A DNA stretch of 64,000 bases from Nostocaceae cyanobacterium (GTDB lineage Bacteria > Cyanobacteriota > Cyanobacteriia > Cyanobacteriales > Nostocaceae), in NCBI GenBank assembly GCA_035285345.1, contig JAYKJH010000239.1, positions 4,840 through 68,839 of the forward strand, read 5' to 3'. The notes beneath the pieces are model-generated. The model was not told where the DNA came from and ran no database searches. It saw only the letters and a list, made by a program, of their open reading frames with translations. Both the position numbers and the translations under genes were made by a program. Shown here piece by piece: positions 35,234 to 47,206 of this stretch; positions within the stretch are counted from its first letter, which is position 1; each line of letters starts with the position of its first letter.

Positions 35234-36766
35234 TTATTGCCCTTGCAACTTCAGATACTCTTCCAAATCAGTAATTTTCGGGTCTTCTAATTGATTGATA
35301 ACTCGCCAGAGGATAGTGTAACCGCCATTAGGATGGCGATGTATGGGTCGGACAGCGACTAGGACATCACTGCTTTGCATTTTGAGTAATTGGTCGATAT
35401 GAAGGCGTTGTGACCGGGAAACTACCCCACCTTGTAAGATAATTTCTGGCAGTTGGAACTTCAGACTGCGTAGCAAGTAAGTGTGGCTTAACACAACAGG
35501 TGCTTCACCGACAATATGGCGATTTTGCTGGAAGTTTTCGCGTTTGTTGGTCAGAAATCGTCGGCGTTCGCTTTGGATAGCTGCTAACTGTGATGGTGGT
35601 TGATAGTTGAGGAAAAATTGGCGAATTTCCGGTGCTACAGCTTGGAGAGTGGGGTCAAGGGTTTCTAGAGGAATATCGCCCAAATCCACCATAAACCCAT
35701 AATCAATTCCTTGGGGCATCAACTGGAATTGGTCGTCAACCAACTCTAGTGTTAACCTATGAGTAAGCTGCCCTTTACCTTGAGCTAAAACTGGCAAAGG
35801 ATAACGCTCGGCAACGCTAAGTGCAAAGCGGTTTTCAACCGTATCTAAGGGACGACGGTAAGCAGATGCGGGTAACACCCGGAAAATCCCAGTGTTAGGC
35901 TGGGCAAGAAACTCAGCGTAAGCTCGCGGATACTCAGCGTCAACCTCATAGACTAAGCGTTCCCTTGCGGCTGTTGTTAGGGCTGGATTGGTAAATTGTG
36001 TCCCGGCTGGAAATTCCTCTCGTGCTGCTAAGGTCAGTAGCTTTGCTCCTCGAAGAATGGCTATTGCCTCTGGGGGAGTAAAAAACGCTGGTTGGATAGG
36101 TTCTACATACTCAGCAATGGGTTTTTTAGCAGTCCTACCAATGACTGGTGGTGCTATGGGAGGAAGATTTGGTTCCCGGGCAAAAAAAGGTATAGCAGGT
36201 TCACCCAGATTTGGAAGTTCCACTGGCTGATATGTAAAGTCTGGGAATACTTGCGGCGGTTCACCACTAACTAGGGGAATCCGTCGTACTTCTGCTATTT
36301 CACCCCGCCGAGCTATCAGCCGGTCTATGGTTGGCTTCAATTTTAACAATTCCTGGCTGCCATTGTACAAAGAGCAGTAAATTTTCGTCTGTCCTTCGGT
36401 TAATTTGGATACAACTGGTGCAACAAACTCAGGAGATGTAGGTGCTAAAAAACACAAAGCTTTCGGATTACGGTCGTAGCGTCTTAAAAAGCGTTCTACA
36501 GCGCTATCATGTAAGGTTAATTGACCACGAACGGCGCGTAATATATTCGGATCAGAACCCCCTACTGCTTTTTCCATGCGGATGATTAAATCAATTCTTT
36601 CCTGAACAAGTCTGGCAGCATCTGTATAAAAAGTATTGTCTATACTGGAATCCGGATTTTGACTAGGGAAAGATGGTGAGGGAGATTCAGCCCCCCAAAT
36701 CGATGATTGGATGGTAGTTAACCAAAAAAATACTAAAAAACTCAAAAATAAGTATCGCATTACCAA
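35234..36766 (-). CDS. Secreted hypothetical protein, 510 aa
   Basis: It has an N-terminal signal/TM segment. I recognise no family. The long ORF has normal codon usage. Confidence 0.6.
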   Translation of the reverse strand: MVMRYLFLSFLVFFWLTTIQSSIWGAESPSPSFPSQNPDSSIDNTFYTDAARLVQERIDLIIRMEKAVGGSDPNILRAVRGQLTLHDSAVERFLRRYDRNPKALCFLAPTSPEFVAPVVSKLTEGQTKIYCSLYNGSQELLKLKPTIDRLIARRGEIAEVRRIPLVSGEPPQVFPDFTYQPVELPNLGEPAIPFFAREPNLPPIAPPVIGRTAKKPIAEYVEPIQPAFFTPPEAIAILRGAKLLTLAAREEFPAGTQFTNPALTTAARERLVYEVDAEYPRAYAEFLAQPNTGIFRVLPASAYRRPLDTVENRFALSVAERYPLPVLAQGKGQLTHRLTLELVDDQFQLMPQGIDYGFMVDLGDIPLETLDPTLQAVAPEIRQFFLNYQPPSQLAAIQSERRRFLTNKRENFQQNRHIVGEAPVVLSHTYLLRSLKFQLPEIILQGGVVSRSQRLHIDQLLKMQSSDVLVAVRPIHRHPNGGYTILWRVINQLEDPKITDLEEYLKLQGQ

Positions 36767-36908
36767 AAACCTAGGAAGGGAATGAGAGTTAAAAATCTAA
36801 AATAGATATTAAATTGAAAGGAAAACAACACCCATCGGTAACTCTGTCAATTAATTTTAGTTTTTTTTCAGCGTTCCCGGGTTGTCACCAGTGCAGAAAC
36901 AGAATTAC

Positions 36909-38096
36909 ATGCAGGTTTCTCAAGACCAGCCTAACTACTCTCCAGCACCTCTTCAACTGTTACTGTTTGTCGATGAGCGTCCCAGTTCTCAGCAACAGCT
37001 ACAGAGGATTCGTCAGTTCTTACAAGAGTTACAAGTCCAACAGCAGTTTGACTTGGAAATCATTGATGTCGGGGAACAACCTTACCTAGCCGAACACTTT
37101 AAACTGGTAGCAACACCGGCTTTAATCAAAATTCATCCCCCACCCAGACAGATACTTGCTGGTAGCAATATTATCGGTCAGCTAAAAAACTGGTGGCCTC
37201 GGTGGCAAATAGCTGTAGAAGAGTATTTAAATTTACAAGAAGATGCTAAAGAGAATTCAGACAATAACAATAATGGTACATCGTCTAAAGTATCATTACG
37301 TTCTTCAGCTGTTTCTGGGGAACTGCTACAGATGTCTGACGAAATTTTCCGGCTAAAACAGGAAAATGAAAAACTTCAAGAGCAATTGAAATTTAAAGAC
37401 CGGGTAATTGGAATGCTAGCCCATGACTTGCGAAATCCTCTTACCTATGTTTCTATGGCTATCGAAACTCTAGAATCGAACAACAATCCCCAAAAAAGCC
37501 AATTTTCCCAACTCAAACCACAGCAAACAGCACAGCTTTTCCAGCAAACTCGCGCTCAAGTACGGAAAATTGACCGGATGATTACTGATTTGTTACAAGT
37601 AGCACGCGGTACAGATATAGAAATTCGCATCCAACCTCAAAAGCTGGATATCGGGAAACTCTGTTTGGATATGCTGGAAGAATTGGGCGATCGCTACAGC
37701 GCTAAATCCCAGAAAATAAATACAGATATTCCCAAAGACTTGCCTTGTGTTTACGCTGACCCAGAAAGAATCCGCCAGGTGTTAATCAATTTGTTGGACA
37801 ATGCAATTAAATACACGCCAGAACAAGGCATAATTACCGTTGCAGGTCTGCATCGTACTACACAAAAAGTCCAACTTAGTATTGGCGATACAGGTCCTGG
37901 TATTCCCTCAGAGAAGCGCGAGCAAATATTTGAAAATCACTATCGTCTAGAACGGGATGAAGCCAAAGAAGGTTATGGCATTGGTCTATCTCTATGTCAA
38001 CGGATTATCCGCGCTCATTACGGTCAAATTTGGGTAGATTCTACTGCTAATGGTGGTGCATGGTTTCACTTTACACTACCCGTTTATCCTTTTTAG
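36909..38096 (+). CDS. sasA: Adaptive-response sensory kinase SasA (KaiB-like N-domain plus histidine kinase)
   Basis: The N-terminal thioredoxin/KaiB-like segment is [13 protein letters not shown]...[28 protein letters not shown]. The H-box is [11 protein letters not shown], and N/G boxes are LLDNAIKYT and GDTGPGIP. Confidence 0.85.
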   Translation: MQVSQDQPNYSPAPLQLLLFVDERPSSQQQLQRIRQFLQELQVQQQFDLEIIDVGEQPYLAEHFKLVATPALIKIHPPPRQILAGSNIIGQLKNWWPRWQIAVEEYLNLQEDAKENSDNNNNGTSSKVSLRSSAVSGELLQMSDEIFRLKQENEKLQEQLKFKDRVIGMLAHDLRNPLTYVSMAIETLESNNNPQKSQFSQLKPQQTAQLFQQTRAQVRKIDRMITDLLQVARGTDIEIRIQPQKLDIGKLCLDMLEELGDRYSAKSQKINTDIPKDLPCVYADPERIRQVLINLLDNAIKYTPEQGIITVAGLHRTTQKVQLSIGDTGPGIPSEKREQIFENHYRLERDEAKEGYGIGLSLCQRIIRAHYGQIWVDSTANGGAWFHFTLPVYPF

Positions 38097-38106
38097 TTGA
38101 CATACT

Positions 38107-38535
38107 TTATTCCCTGAACTCCATGTCCCATTCTCGGAGAGCAGCAATAATCTCAAAATTAGCTTTGGGAAAACTAAAGCTATCGAGGTCATCCAGACTG
38201 ACCCAGCGAATTTCATCGCACTCTAGGGGTTGGGGGGTGCCTGTGAGATAGCGACAATGATGTACTTTCAGGGTGACACGCAAGTGGGTGTAGGTATGGT
38301 CAACGGTGATTACATGTTCCCCGACTTCAATGTCTATGCCTAATTCTTCTAAAATTTCTCGTTGAATACATTCTTTAACAGTTTCCCCTGGTTCAATTTT
38401 ACCCCCAGGGAATTCCCACAAACCACCCATGCTTCCTTCTGGACGACGACGGTCAATTAAAATTTGTCGCTGGTCGTTCCAAATAACGGCAACACCGATA
38501 ATTTTATGAGGTAGGGGAGAGTTTATATTGTGCAT
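38107..38535 (-). CDS. mutT: NUDIX hydrolase, MutT-like 8-oxo-dGTP diphosphatase
   Basis: Nudix box GGKIEPGETVKECIQREILEELG, 142 aa. Confidence 0.8.
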   Translation of the reverse strand: MHNINSPLPHKIIGVAVIWNDQRQILIDRRRPEGSMGGLWEFPGGKIEPGETVKECIQREILEELGIDIEVGEHVITVDHTYTHLRVTLKVHHCRYLTGTPQPLECDEIRWVSLDDLDSFSFPKANFEIIAALREWDMEFRE

Positions 38536-38621
38536 GGACAGCTATTAGTACAAGCAAATAAAGTTCCATTTTAGTGGAATGGGGACTATGGACTAGGAAC
38601 TAGGAACTAATGACTACTCAT

Positions 38622-38660
38622 GACAAAACTCGATAGACGGGGTTGATATCTACCGAGTTT
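38622..38660 (-). terminator. Rho-independent terminator downstream of the DUF760 gene
   Basis: On the minus strand: AAACTCGGTAGA-loop-TCTATCGAGTTT followed by TGTC (11/12-bp stem plus T-run). Confidence 0.6.
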
Positions 38661-38720
38661 GATGGTTAGGGGAATTGGGAGTTGTGTTGTTTGAATCACA
38701 TGGCTATATTAACGGCAGAA

Positions 38721-39059
38721 TTACTCTAGTTGATTTCTCTCAGTCCCTTGGAAAACATTCTCAAACGTCATTCTCTGCTCAGCATTACGCAGAAAGTAAC
38801 CGCTAATCATGGCTGATGCTAGCAGACGACCGAGATTTTCCCGACTTGTAGTGATGGTGACACCAAAGTGTTCGCTCGGCAGGTTCCCTAACAATCCCAT
38901 GATGTTCCTCTCCATCACATGAAAAACTTCTGGTGAAGATGGTTTGGAAAGCTGAGTGACGGTTTCTGGACTTAAGGATTGGACATACTGCCACAGTAAG
39001 TTAGCTGTTTCCGAATCGCCATTAAAAAATTCTGAAACTTGATTAGATGGGTTGCTCAC
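38721..39059 (-). CDS. DUF760-like protein
   Basis: 112 aa with LWQYVQSLSPETV...VMERNIMGLLGNLP...LLASAMISGYFLRNAEQR, typical of the cyanobacterial/plastid DUF760 family. Confidence 0.6.
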   Translation of the reverse strand: MSNPSNQVSEFFNGDSETANLLWQYVQSLSPETVTQLSKPSSPEVFHVMERNIMGLLGNLPSEHFGVTITTSRENLGRLLASAMISGYFLRNAEQRMTFENVFQGTERNQLE

Positions 39060-39293
39060 CTTGTTACCTCCATTTCGGAACTTCCTATTCTTGAGTGGAA
39101 TAGTCGTCGTTTGTGGTGTCTAAAATTTAGTTAGCTGCTGTCTGTTGCTTAGTTTCTACACACTAATCTAACAGGCTGACTCTCACTAGATAGTGGGTGG
39201 AACCGTACCAAAAGCGTTGTGTTTTCTCTCCTGTATTAAAGAATAGGGATTAGGAATTAGGGACTGGGTAAATAATTACCCATGACCCATTCC

Positions 39294-40250
39294 CTAACTG
39301 GCAATGTACTCGTTCATGTCGGCTTTGCGTTTGCGGAGTTTGTTTAATGCTTCGCGCTCAATTTGTCTTACCCTTTCTCGGCTGATATTCAGCAGTTCAC
39401 CAATTTTTGCTAGTGTCATGGTTTGTCCATCCATCAACCCAAAGCGTAAGGCTAAGACTTCTCGCTGTTGGGGAGTCAGATCCGCCATTAAGCGCTCGAT
39501 GTCGCTAGATAGGGAAGATTGCATGACAAATTCTTCTGGGGAAGCACCAGTGTCTTCCAAAAGTTCTCCTAGTTCAGTATCGTGGTTGTCACCAACGCGC
39601 AAATCGAGGGACAGGGGTAGACGAGCTTTTTCCAAATACTCGCGTACTTGCTTAGGCGTCAATTCTAATTCTATTGCTAGTTCAGAAATTGAAGGCGCAC
39701 GTCCCAATTGTTGTGATAAAGAGCGCTGTGCTTTCTTAATTTTATTCAATTTTTCTGTAATGTGAATCGGTAGGCGGATGGTACGACCTTTTTCTGCGAT
39801 CGCACGGGTTATGGCTTGGCGAATCCACCAGTAGGCATAGGTAGAGAATCTATACCCCTTGGTGGGGTCAAACTTTTCCACTCCCCGTTGCATCCCTATA
39901 CTACCTTCTTGGATCAAGTCCAGTAAGTCTACGTTACGTTTTATATACTTTTTGGCAACAGAAACTACTAGTCGTAAATTCGCTTCTACCATGCGGCGCT
40001 TAGCATACTCACCTTCAGCGATTACATGGTCAATTTCTGTGGCTTCTAGACCTGTGGCTTGTGCCCATTCTAGATCTGTTGGTTCTCGTCCTAGCTGTGC
40101 TGCCAGAGATTCTCTCACATCTTGCAGGGCGGTTGCCCGTTGCACTTGTTTACCATAAGTAATTTCTTGCTCGTGAGTTAATAGTGGAACTTTGCCAATC
40201 TCACGCAGGTATGTCCGCACGAGGTCTGTAGGTGTCTGAGCGGTCTTCAT
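39294..40250 (-). CDS. Group 2 RNA polymerase sigma-70 factor
   Basis: Regions 2-4 are present: [37 protein letters not shown] and [20 protein letters not shown]. 318 aa. Confidence 0.9.
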   Translation of the reverse strand: MKTAQTPTDLVRTYLREIGKVPLLTHEQEITYGKQVQRATALQDVRESLAAQLGREPTDLEWAQATGLEATEIDHVIAEGEYAKRRMVEANLRLVVSVAKKYIKRNVDLLDLIQEGSIGMQRGVEKFDPTKGYRFSTYAYWWIRQAITRAIAEKGRTIRLPIHITEKLNKIKKAQRSLSQQLGRAPSISELAIELELTPKQVREYLEKARLPLSLDLRVGDNHDTELGELLEDTGASPEEFVMQSSLSSDIERLMADLTPQQREVLALRFGLMDGQTMTLAKIGELLNISRERVRQIEREALNKLRKRKADMNEYIAS

Positions 40251-40855
40251 GGCACTAATTTCAATATAAAAGGGTTAGCGTTACGGTCATTCAAGCGATA
40301 GATGCCTTCGGCACTGTGGTAATTACGGGCTATATATTAGACTGTTTTACTTTTGATCGAGTATTTATGGCTACTGTAGGTTGTCACATCAAAGTTTTTT
40401 TCAACTTGATTTTTTCGTTAACAATTGTAACATTTATGAGAATTATTTTACTACCTCCTGAGATACAACTAGTGGGTATAGCTTCTATTTACTATGGACT
40501 AAGGCAAGTTCTGGATACAAAGCACCAGACCCTGACTAAAAATCTCCAGTCTAGCGGCGATACTGAGTAGATGCAGGTTGTTAATGAAGGCTTATGTATA
40601 GAGAGGATGAAACTGTAGAAGGCAGAGATTTACTAGAGATTACCTAGAAATTTACTCAATAAATGCATCTGAGAGAACAAAAAATAGCAAAATTTATTAA
40701 ATCTTGCCAGGTGTAAATATAATATTCACTTAATTTTTTGTGAAAATTTGCGGTGGCAGTATCAGGGAATGGGGTTAGTTGATAGCTAATAGCAAATAGG
40801 GACAAGGAAAAAGAAAGGGGACAAAAAAGTAATATTTCTGCCCCTCTCCCTTTTT

Positions 40856-40883
40856 CCCTAATCCCTAATCCCTAGTCCCTAGG
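40856..40883. repeat. Heptamer tandem repeat (CCCTAAT/CCCTAGT x4)
   Basis: CCCTAATCCCTAATCCCTAGTCCCTAGG, abutting the carB stop codon. Confidence 0.8.
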
Positions 40884-43800
40884 AGTGGGAAAAGTTGTAT
40901 TCTTGGATAGCTTTGACTTCCAAGTTGGTACTTTGCAGGGAGCGAATAGCGGCCGCAGTGGCTTTTGCAGCAGCTAGGGTGGTAATAATGGGAATTTTAT
41001 AAGCCAAAGCGGTGCGCCGGATTAATTTCGCATCGGTATGCGCTTCTTCCCCAGAAGGTGTGTTGACGATGAGTTGAATTTTCTGGTTTTTAATGGCATC
41101 CAAGACGTGGGGACGTCCTTCATGGAGTTTGAGGACTAATTCCACATCTAAACCATTCTCCCGCAGAACGTTGCGCGTACCGTCAGTTGCCATCACCGAG
41201 AAGCCTAAATCAATAAAGTCTTTGATGACGGGAATGGCGCTGGCTTTGTCGCGATCGCTCATCGATACAAACACTGTACCACCACGCGGTAATTGTTCAC
41301 CAGCCCCCATTTCTGCCTTAGCATAAGCCCTTCCGAAATCGCCGTCAATCCCCATTACTTCTCCCGTGGAGCGCATTTCCGGGCCAAGGAGGGTGTCAGT
41401 ACCGGGGAATTTATTAAACGGCAGTACGGCTTCTTTAACCGCGATGTGGGTGGGAATGACTTCTTGGGTGAAGCCTAAATCCTCTAAGGTTTTACCCGAC
41501 ATAATTAAAGACGCGAGCTTTGCTAGGGGTACACCCGTAGCTTTGGAAACAAAAGGAACGGTGCGGGATGCTCTAGGATTAGCTTCTAGAATAAACACCT
41601 GGGGAGAATAGCCTTGTGCCCCAACTACGGCAAATTGGATATTCATCAACCCTACTACCTTCAGTGCCTGTGCTAGTTGCACTGTCCATGTACGAATTTT
41701 ATCCAGGATTGCCGGTGCTAGAGAAATAGAAGGTAGAGAACAAGCGGAATCTCCGGAGTGAATCCCCGCTTGTTCGATGTGTTCCATGATGCCACCAATC
41801 ACCACCTTACCCGTATGGTCAGCAATGGCATCGACATCAACCTCGATGGCATTTTCCAGGAATTTATCAATTAAAATCGGATGGTCTGGCTCTACTTGGA
41901 CAGCAAATGTCATGTAGCGCTCTAATTCTGTATCCGAGTAGACAATTTCCATTGCTCGTCCGCCTAATACATAGCTAGGACGCACCACAACCGGATAACC
42001 AATCCGCTTAGCGACGATAAGCGCATCTTCATAACTGCGAGCAATACCGTTGGGTGGTTGGGCAATATTCAACTCATGGAGAATCTTTTCAAACCGTTCC
42101 CTATTCTCGGCGGTGTCGATAGAATCTGGTGATGTACCCCAAATCTGTGTTTGTCGGGTCGGGGAATCCCCAAACGCACTCAGGGCTTGTTGCAGGGGAA
42201 CGGAAAGCTTCAGCGGTGTTTGTCCGCCAAACTGGACAATCACACCCACGGGGTTCTCAGCTTCAATGATGTTAAGGACATCTTCTTTGGTTAGCGGTTC
42301 AAAGTAAAGTCTATCAGAGGTGTCGTAGTCGGTGGAGACAGTTTCTGGGTTGGAGTTGACCATAATTGTCTCATAACCCGCGTCTTTGAGCGCATAGGCA
42401 GCGTGACAGCAGCAATAGTCAAACTCAATCCCCTGTCCGATGCGGTTGGGACCTCCACCCAAAATCATTACCTTCTGTTTATCAGAGGGGATGATTTCGG
42501 TTTCTTCTTCGTAGGTGGAGTAGTGGTAGGGGGTAAAGGCTTCAAATTCAGCCGCGCAGGTGTCTACGGTTTTGTAAACTGGTATAACACCCAATTGCTG
42601 GCGATATTGCCGGACTTCATCTTCCGTGGTTTTGCTAGCATAGGCAATCTGGCGATCGCTAAAACCATCCCGCTTTACTGCATACATTTGCTCTTTTGTC
42701 AACTGGTACAACGGCGTCCGCTTGAGGAATTTTTCCACATCTAGCAGTTGCTGCATTTTATCCAGGAACCAGGGGTCAATGCCGGTGAGTTCATAGATTT
42801 CCTCAACGCTCATCCCCAGTTGCATAGCGTGACGCACAGCAAAAATTCGCTCTGGGTTAGGTGTCCGTAGTTGAGCGCGAATTTGTTCGCCGCTGGGGAG
42901 TTTTTCAGCTTTGTCACAACCCCAACCAGCGCGTCCAGTTTCCAGGGAACGCAGGGCTTTTTGGAAGGATTCGTTAAATGTCCGTCCAATTGCCATTGCT
43001 TCCCCCACAGACTTCATTTGGGTGGTCAGTACAGCTTCGGAACCGGGGAATTTTTCAAAGGCGAAGCGGGGGATTTTGGTGACTACATAGTCAATGGTTG
43101 GTTCAAAGGAGGCTGGGGTTTTCTTGGTGATGTCGTTTTTGATTTCATCCAGGGTGTAACCGACTGCTAGCTTTGCCGCAAATTTAGCGATTGGGAAGCC
43201 GGTAGCTTTAGAAGCTAAAGCTGAGGAACGGGAAACGCGGGGGTTCATTTCAATCACCACCACGTCCCCATTCACGGGATTGACAGCAAACTGGATGTTA
43301 GAACCACCCGTTTCCACGCCAATCTCGCGGATAATCTTAATAGACATATCCCGCAGCCGCTGGTACTCCTTATCGGTGAGGGTTTGCGCGGGAGCGACGG
43401 TAATCGAGTCCCCGGTGTGGATACCCATCGGGTCTAGGTTTTCGATGGAGCAGATAATCACCACGTTATCTGCTAGGTCACGCATCACCTCTAGCTCATA
43501 TTCTTTCCAACCCAATAGGGACTGGTCGATGAGAATTTGGGAAACGGGGCTAGCGTCAATACCAGCTTGCGCCATGACTTCAAATTCTTCTTGATTATAG
43601 GAGATACCACCACCAGTACCACCCATTGTGAAGGCGGGACGAATAATTAGGGGATAGCTACCGATTTTTCGTGCCACTTCTTTAGCTTCTTCCAAGGTTG
43701 AAGCGATACCGCTAGGACAAACTTTCACCCCAATTTTTGCCATCGCGTCATTAAAGAGTTTCCGGTCTTCAGCTTTTTCGATGGCTGGTAGCTTGGCACC

Positions 43801-44148
43801 AATTAATTCGACGTTGTACTTGTCCAAGACTCCATTTTTTGCCAAAGCGACGGCTATATTGAGGGCAGTTTGTCCCCCCATTGTTGGCAGTAGAGCATCT
43901 GGTCGTTCTTTGGCGATGACTTTTTCTACCAATTCTGGTGTTAACGGCTCGATGTAGGTGCGGTTAGCCGTTTCTGGGTCAGTCATGATGGTTGCTGGGT
44001 TGGAGTTGACTAGCACCACCTCGTAGCCTTCTTCTCTCAGAGCTTTACACGCTTGAGTTCCAGAGTAGTCAAATTCACATGCTTGTCCAATCACAATCGG
44101 ACCAGAACCTAGCAGCAAAATCTTACGGAGGTCATCGCGACGCGGCAT
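40879..44148 (-). CDS. carB: Carbamoyl-phosphate synthase large subunit
   Basis: [33 protein letters not shown]..., duplicated ATP-grasp halves, and an MGS-like C-terminus. The start at 44148 is preferred over 44178. Confidence 0.95.
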   Translation of the reverse strand: MPRRDDLRKILLLGSGPIVIGQACEFDYSGTQACKALREEGYEVVLVNSNPATIMTDPETANRTYIEPLTPELVEKVIAKERPDALLPTMGGQTALNIAVALAKNGVLDKYNVELIGAKLPAIEKAEDRKLFNDAMAKIGVKVCPSGIASTLEEAKEVARKIGSYPLIIRPAFTMGGTGGGISYNQEEFEVMAQAGIDASPVSQILIDQSLLGWKEYELEVMRDLADNVVIICSIENLDPMGIHTGDSITVAPAQTLTDKEYQRLRDMSIKIIREIGVETGGSNIQFAVNPVNGDVVVIEMNPRVSRSSALASKATGFPIAKFAAKLAVGYTLDEIKNDITKKTPASFEPTIDYVVTKIPRFAFEKFPGSEAVLTTQMKSVGEAMAIGRTFNESFQKALRSLETGRAGWGCDKAEKLPSGEQIRAQLRTPNPERIFAVRHAMQLGMSVEEIYELTGIDPWFLDKMQQLLDVEKFLKRTPLYQLTKEQMYAVKRDGFSDRQIAYASKTTEDEVRQYRQQLGVIPVYKTVDTCAAEFEAFTPYHYSTYEEETEIIPSDKQKVMILGGGPNRIGQGIEFDYCCCHAAYALKDAGYETIMVNSNPETVSTDYDTSDRLYFEPLTKEDVLNIIEAENPVGVIVQFGGQTPLKLSVPLQQALSAFGDSPTRQTQIWGTSPDSIDTAENRERFEKILHELNIAQPPNGIARSYEDALIVAKRIGYPVVVRPSYVLGGRAMEIVYSDTELERYMTFAVQVEPDHPILIDKFLENAIEVDVDAIADHTGKVVIGGIMEHIEQAGIHSGDSACSLPSISLAPAILDKIRTWTVQLAQALKVVGLMNIQFAVVGAQGYSPQVFILEANPRASRTVPFVSKATGVPLAKLASLIMSGKTLEDLGFTQEVIPTHIAVKEAVLPFNKFPGTDTLLGPEMRSTGEVMGIDGDFGRAYAKAEMGAGEQLPRGGTVFVSMSDRDKASAIPVIKDFIDLGFSVMATDGTRNVLRENGLDVELVLKLHEGRPHVLDAIKNQKIQLIVNTPSGEEAHTDAKLIRRTALAYKIPIITTLAAAKATAAAIRSLQSTNLEVKAIQEYNFSHS

Positions 44149-44591
44149 AGTTGTTAATTTTTTGGAGTATGAGTACAAATCGTGATCATTGTAAGCGTCT
44201 TTACCCGCAAGTAATGCTGTTCATGAACAAGTTTTTCCAGATTGGATGAACTCGGGGGAGCGGATTTATTGACTTAGCGACATGATTTTAACAGTTGCCA
44301 AGCCCAGTAAATACCGTGGATGGGGTGGATTTGAGAGGATTGGGAATATTTCTTTGTCCCGTGTTCGGGAATCATACCTGCTGAATCTCACTTCCTCCGA
44401 CCGTACCGTATTTTTTATCACTCCATTCCGGGAGATTGCATCACAGGGTTTACTAAATTAGCGTTTTTAGCATTGATTTAAACTTGTAACTTTCGGTTAT
44501 TAAGTGCATTTTTATCATTAATTTACTGGCATTAATAGTTAAAAATTAATAGCAATAGTTAAAAATTGTGTTGTCATATTGAAATATATAA

Positions 44592-44634
44592 AAAGTGACA
44601 GAAATATAAAAATGTAATCTCTGTCACTTTTTTC
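44592..44634 (-). terminator. Strong hairpin with T-runs on both strands; most simply the dps terminator
   Basis: AAAGTGACAGA-17 nt-TCTGTCACTTT is flanked by A-run/T-run. Two further hairpins (44645..44668 and 44744..44769) lie closer to the dps stop. Confidence 0.5.
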
Positions 44635-44777
44635 TGTTGCTCAACATGAGACTGTTATTTTAGTCTCATCCTGTTTAATTATGCAGTCCTAGGTATCTGC
44701 AAAGAAAGAATCACCCAGCCATTAAACCTAACTCATCGAGATAACCAAATGCCTCTCGATTAACTGAGTTAGTGTTA

Positions 44778-45332
44778 CTAATTAGAAGTAGGTTGGACAA
44801 AGCCTAGAGTGAGGCTATCTTTAGCGAGGAAGTGGGATAGATGGTAAGCTCGTTCCTCCGTCTTGAGGAGAATTTTTTCGTACAAATACCGAGTAGCTCT
44901 GTCTCCCAAACTCTCAGCCTGTGCTGCTTGACGACGAATTAACCCAATTATTGACTGCTCTGCTGCTAAGTCATTTTCTACCATTTGACGGCAAGAAAAT
45001 ACGCCATCTTGTTCTTGCTCAAAACAGCATAATTCTGCCAATTTGCTAAAGGAAGCTACTGGTACACCACCCAGTCCATCCAAGCGTTCACCAATATCAT
45101 GGATGTGTTCTTGAACTGCTCCGTAACTTTCGTTAAAAAACTCGTGCAAGGAATCAAATTCAGCGCCATCTACAACAAAATGATGCTTTTGATACTGCAA
45201 AGCTAGTCCCTGAAAACTAGCCAAAACAATGTTAAATCCTTCACAAACAGGGCCTGTCACGCTTTTATCTAGCAGTACAGGATTGTCATATACCTGACCA
45301 AAAGCGCGCATCATAGTTTGACCTGTAGCCAT
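44778..45332 (-). CDS. dps: Dps/ferritin-like DNA-binding protein
   Basis: The segment [20 protein letters not shown]...HDIGERL is typical of the Dps family. The start MATGQTMM is preferred. Confidence 0.8.
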   Translation of the reverse strand: MATGQTMMRAFGQVYDNPVLLDKSVTGPVCEGFNIVLASFQGLALQYQKHHFVVDGAEFDSLHEFFNESYGAVQEHIHDIGERLDGLGGVPVASFSKLAELCCFEQEQDGVFSCRQMVENDLAAEQSIIGLIRRQAAQAESLGDRATRYLYEKILLKTEERAYHLSHFLAKDSLTLGFVQPTSN

Positions 45333-45840
45333 AGTGCTTCCCTTCTTGTGCGGTTTGATTAGATAACTATTTATATCTAACACATTTGTAAATTTAAAAG
45401 AAACATAAAAAAATAATTTTTAATTCATTTGTCTGAGCTTGAAAAGAAGAATTTGCAATAAATACTTACAGTTATATTTCTCAGCCTTAGTATTAGTCCA
45501 ATCCTCTGCAAGTCTGCGAGTACTTACTAGCTAGTTATTTTGGGAGATGGCTATTTTGAGAGGGAAATATATCCTTCTTGAGTTATGCTGCGCTCCTAAC
45601 CTATTTTCAATAATTATGAAATATTTTCAATAAGCTGGAATTAAGTCAGGGAATTTTGATATTGGGAGTGGGTAATTAGTTTCTTCCTTGTCCATTGTCC
45701 CAAATCCCCATCCCAAGCCCTATTGAGAAATTTTGGAAATTTTCTTGGAAAATTTACTGAGAATTGTTTGCACTTATTGTATCCTAAGAGAAGAGAATGT
45801 AATACCTATATTGAAAAGCTCAAAGCAGTATTATTACTTA

Positions 45841-45859
45841 ATTAATGATAATTTTTAGC
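45841..45859. promoter_or_regulatory. Candidate Fur box
   Basis: ATTAATGATAATTTTTAGC matches the classical GATAATGATAATCATTATC at 14 of 19 positions. It lies in the dps / 45878 divergent region. Confidence 0.3.
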
Positions 45860-45877
45860 AATTGAGAGGGTTTTATC

Positions 45878-46129
45878 TTGGAATCAAGGAGTTCAGAAGC
45901 TGAAGCACAGTACATCGTTGAGGTTAATTGGGCAGACCGCTGGCTAATTTATCGACGCTTGCAGGAACTAGAGATTCCTTGTTGCTGTAGCACTAATCAG
46001 CCATTAACAGTTGATATTGGTGATGCGATAAGAGCAGTTCAATTGTGGAGTGTTATCAGGCAACTAACAGCACGTCGCCAAGATTTGATTGATTCTCTGG
46101 AAAGCTGCTGGAATAAAAACTTTTTGTAG
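45878..46129 (+). CDS. Small conserved cyanobacterial protein (Asr1405/Asl0597-like)
   Basis: 83 aa with WADRWLIYRRLQELEIPCCC... The family assignment is from memory and the function is unknown. It has a TTG start. Confidence 0.55.
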   Translation: MESRSSEAEAQYIVEVNWADRWLIYRRLQELEIPCCCSTNQPLTVDIGDAIRAVQLWSVIRQLTARRQDLIDSLESCWNKNFL

Positions 46130-46149
46130 TTAAATAAAGGTAATTTATC

Positions 46150-46893
46150 ATGAGTAAATTTAACAGTATTAAGGTAGCAAATTTTTGTCTTGAAGGGCAG
46201 TTAGTCGATTTTGTAATCAAAGATGGCTATAAGCTAAAAGGTTTATATATCAAGACTCCAGAGGGAGAAATTTACATTAAATTAGCTAAGTATCTGCGAG
46301 CAGCTTTTGACTTGCGTCTCCAACCAGGTACTTGGTTACAAATTGTCGGAGAAAAGAAAATTGACCTAAAAACTGGTAATGTTAAGCTCAAGGCTGAGAG
46401 AGTGTTAGCGGCTGGTGCAAAAACGGAATTAGCAGAGATAGCAGAAGTAGGAGGGGGAGTTTCTTCCTCCTTTGTTTTAGGGAATTGCAATGTGAATTAT
46501 CCTGAAGATAGACATGTACAAGATTCCTCAACCGCTAGCAAAACAAAGCCTGCTCAAGGCAAAGCTACTATTTTGGTCTGTCAAAAGTCAGACTGTATGA
46601 AACGCGGAGCAAAAGGAGTTTGTCAAGCACTTTCTGCAGCACTGAGCGATCGCGGTTTGTCAGAGCAGGTAACTATTAAAGGCACTGGTTGTATGAAAAA
46701 TTGTAAAGGCGGACCAAACGTTGTGATGCCAGACAAAACCCGCTACAGCCGCATTCAAGCTGAACAAATTCCGGCGGTGATGAATAAACATTTTCCGGAT
46801 ACCAGCCAGGAAGAACAGCAAGATATGGTAGCTACCGCACCCATACCTGTGGTCAGTATGGCTAGTATTGCTAGTTGCATGGCTTCTATTTAA
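46150..46893 (+). CDS. Thioredoxin-like [2Fe-2S] ferredoxin domain protein
   Basis: The C-terminal half ILVCQKSDCMKRGAKGVCQAL...GTGCMKNCKGGPNVVMPD carries the 4-Cys pattern of the 2Fe-2S_thioredx fold. Confidence 0.7.
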   Translation: MSKFNSIKVANFCLEGQLVDFVIKDGYKLKGLYIKTPEGEIYIKLAKYLRAAFDLRLQPGTWLQIVGEKKIDLKTGNVKLKAERVLAAGAKTELAEIAEVGGGVSSSFVLGNCNVNYPEDRHVQDSSTASKTKPAQGKATILVCQKSDCMKRGAKGVCQALSAALSDRGLSEQVTIKGTGCMKNCKGGPNVVMPDKTRYSRIQAEQIPAVMNKHFPDTSQEEQQDMVATAPIPVVSMASIASCMASI

Positions 46894-46903
46894 TAAGAAT
46901 TAA

Positions 46904-46947
46904 TGACAATAATTAGGTGTAGTTGAACATACATCTAATTATTGTCA
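46904..46947. terminator. 13-bp perfect hairpin after the ferredoxin-domain gene
   Basis: TGACAATAATTAG-18 nt-CTAATTATTGTCA with no T-run. Confidence 0.45.
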
Positions 46948-47206
46948 ATTACTGCTAATCTTTAGCAATTAATAATTGGTTGTAGTGGTACTAGACTCAG
47001 AGTAATATCATGTCCAGAGAAATACCCCTAATTTGTAGGTTGGGTGGAACGAAGTGATACCCAACTTCAGCTTAAAGTTTGTGTTGGGTTTCATTAGACT
47101 TCTTGCGTGCATTCCGAAATATTAAATAATTAACCGCATTGATTAGACATCGAAAGCTAATGATTATTAAAATTTGTGTTAATCCCTTGACTTATAGGGC
47201 TTTATC

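Noticed and set aside
39304-40158. Plus-strand ORFs (153 and 99 aa) inside the sigma factor gene.
   Set aside because: They are the Ser/Arg-rich antisense translation of a confidently identified gene.
40316-40570. 84-aa ORF in the 630-bp spacer upstream of the sigma factor gene.
   Set aside because: It has a GTG start without an RBS and a hydrophobic, low-complexity composition in AT-rich DNA. The region is more likely the promoter/leader of the sigma gene.
41093-43594. Seven plus-strand ORFs (61-113 aa) within carB.
   Set aside because: They are antisense to carB and have no motifs.
44179-44777. A possible plus-strand sRNA ending at the 44592..44634 hairpin/T-run in the 600-bp ORF-free region between carB and dps.
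   Set aside because: The hairpin is symmetric, with T-runs on both strands. It is more simply explained as the terminator of the minus-strand dps gene. I could identify no plus-strand promoter.
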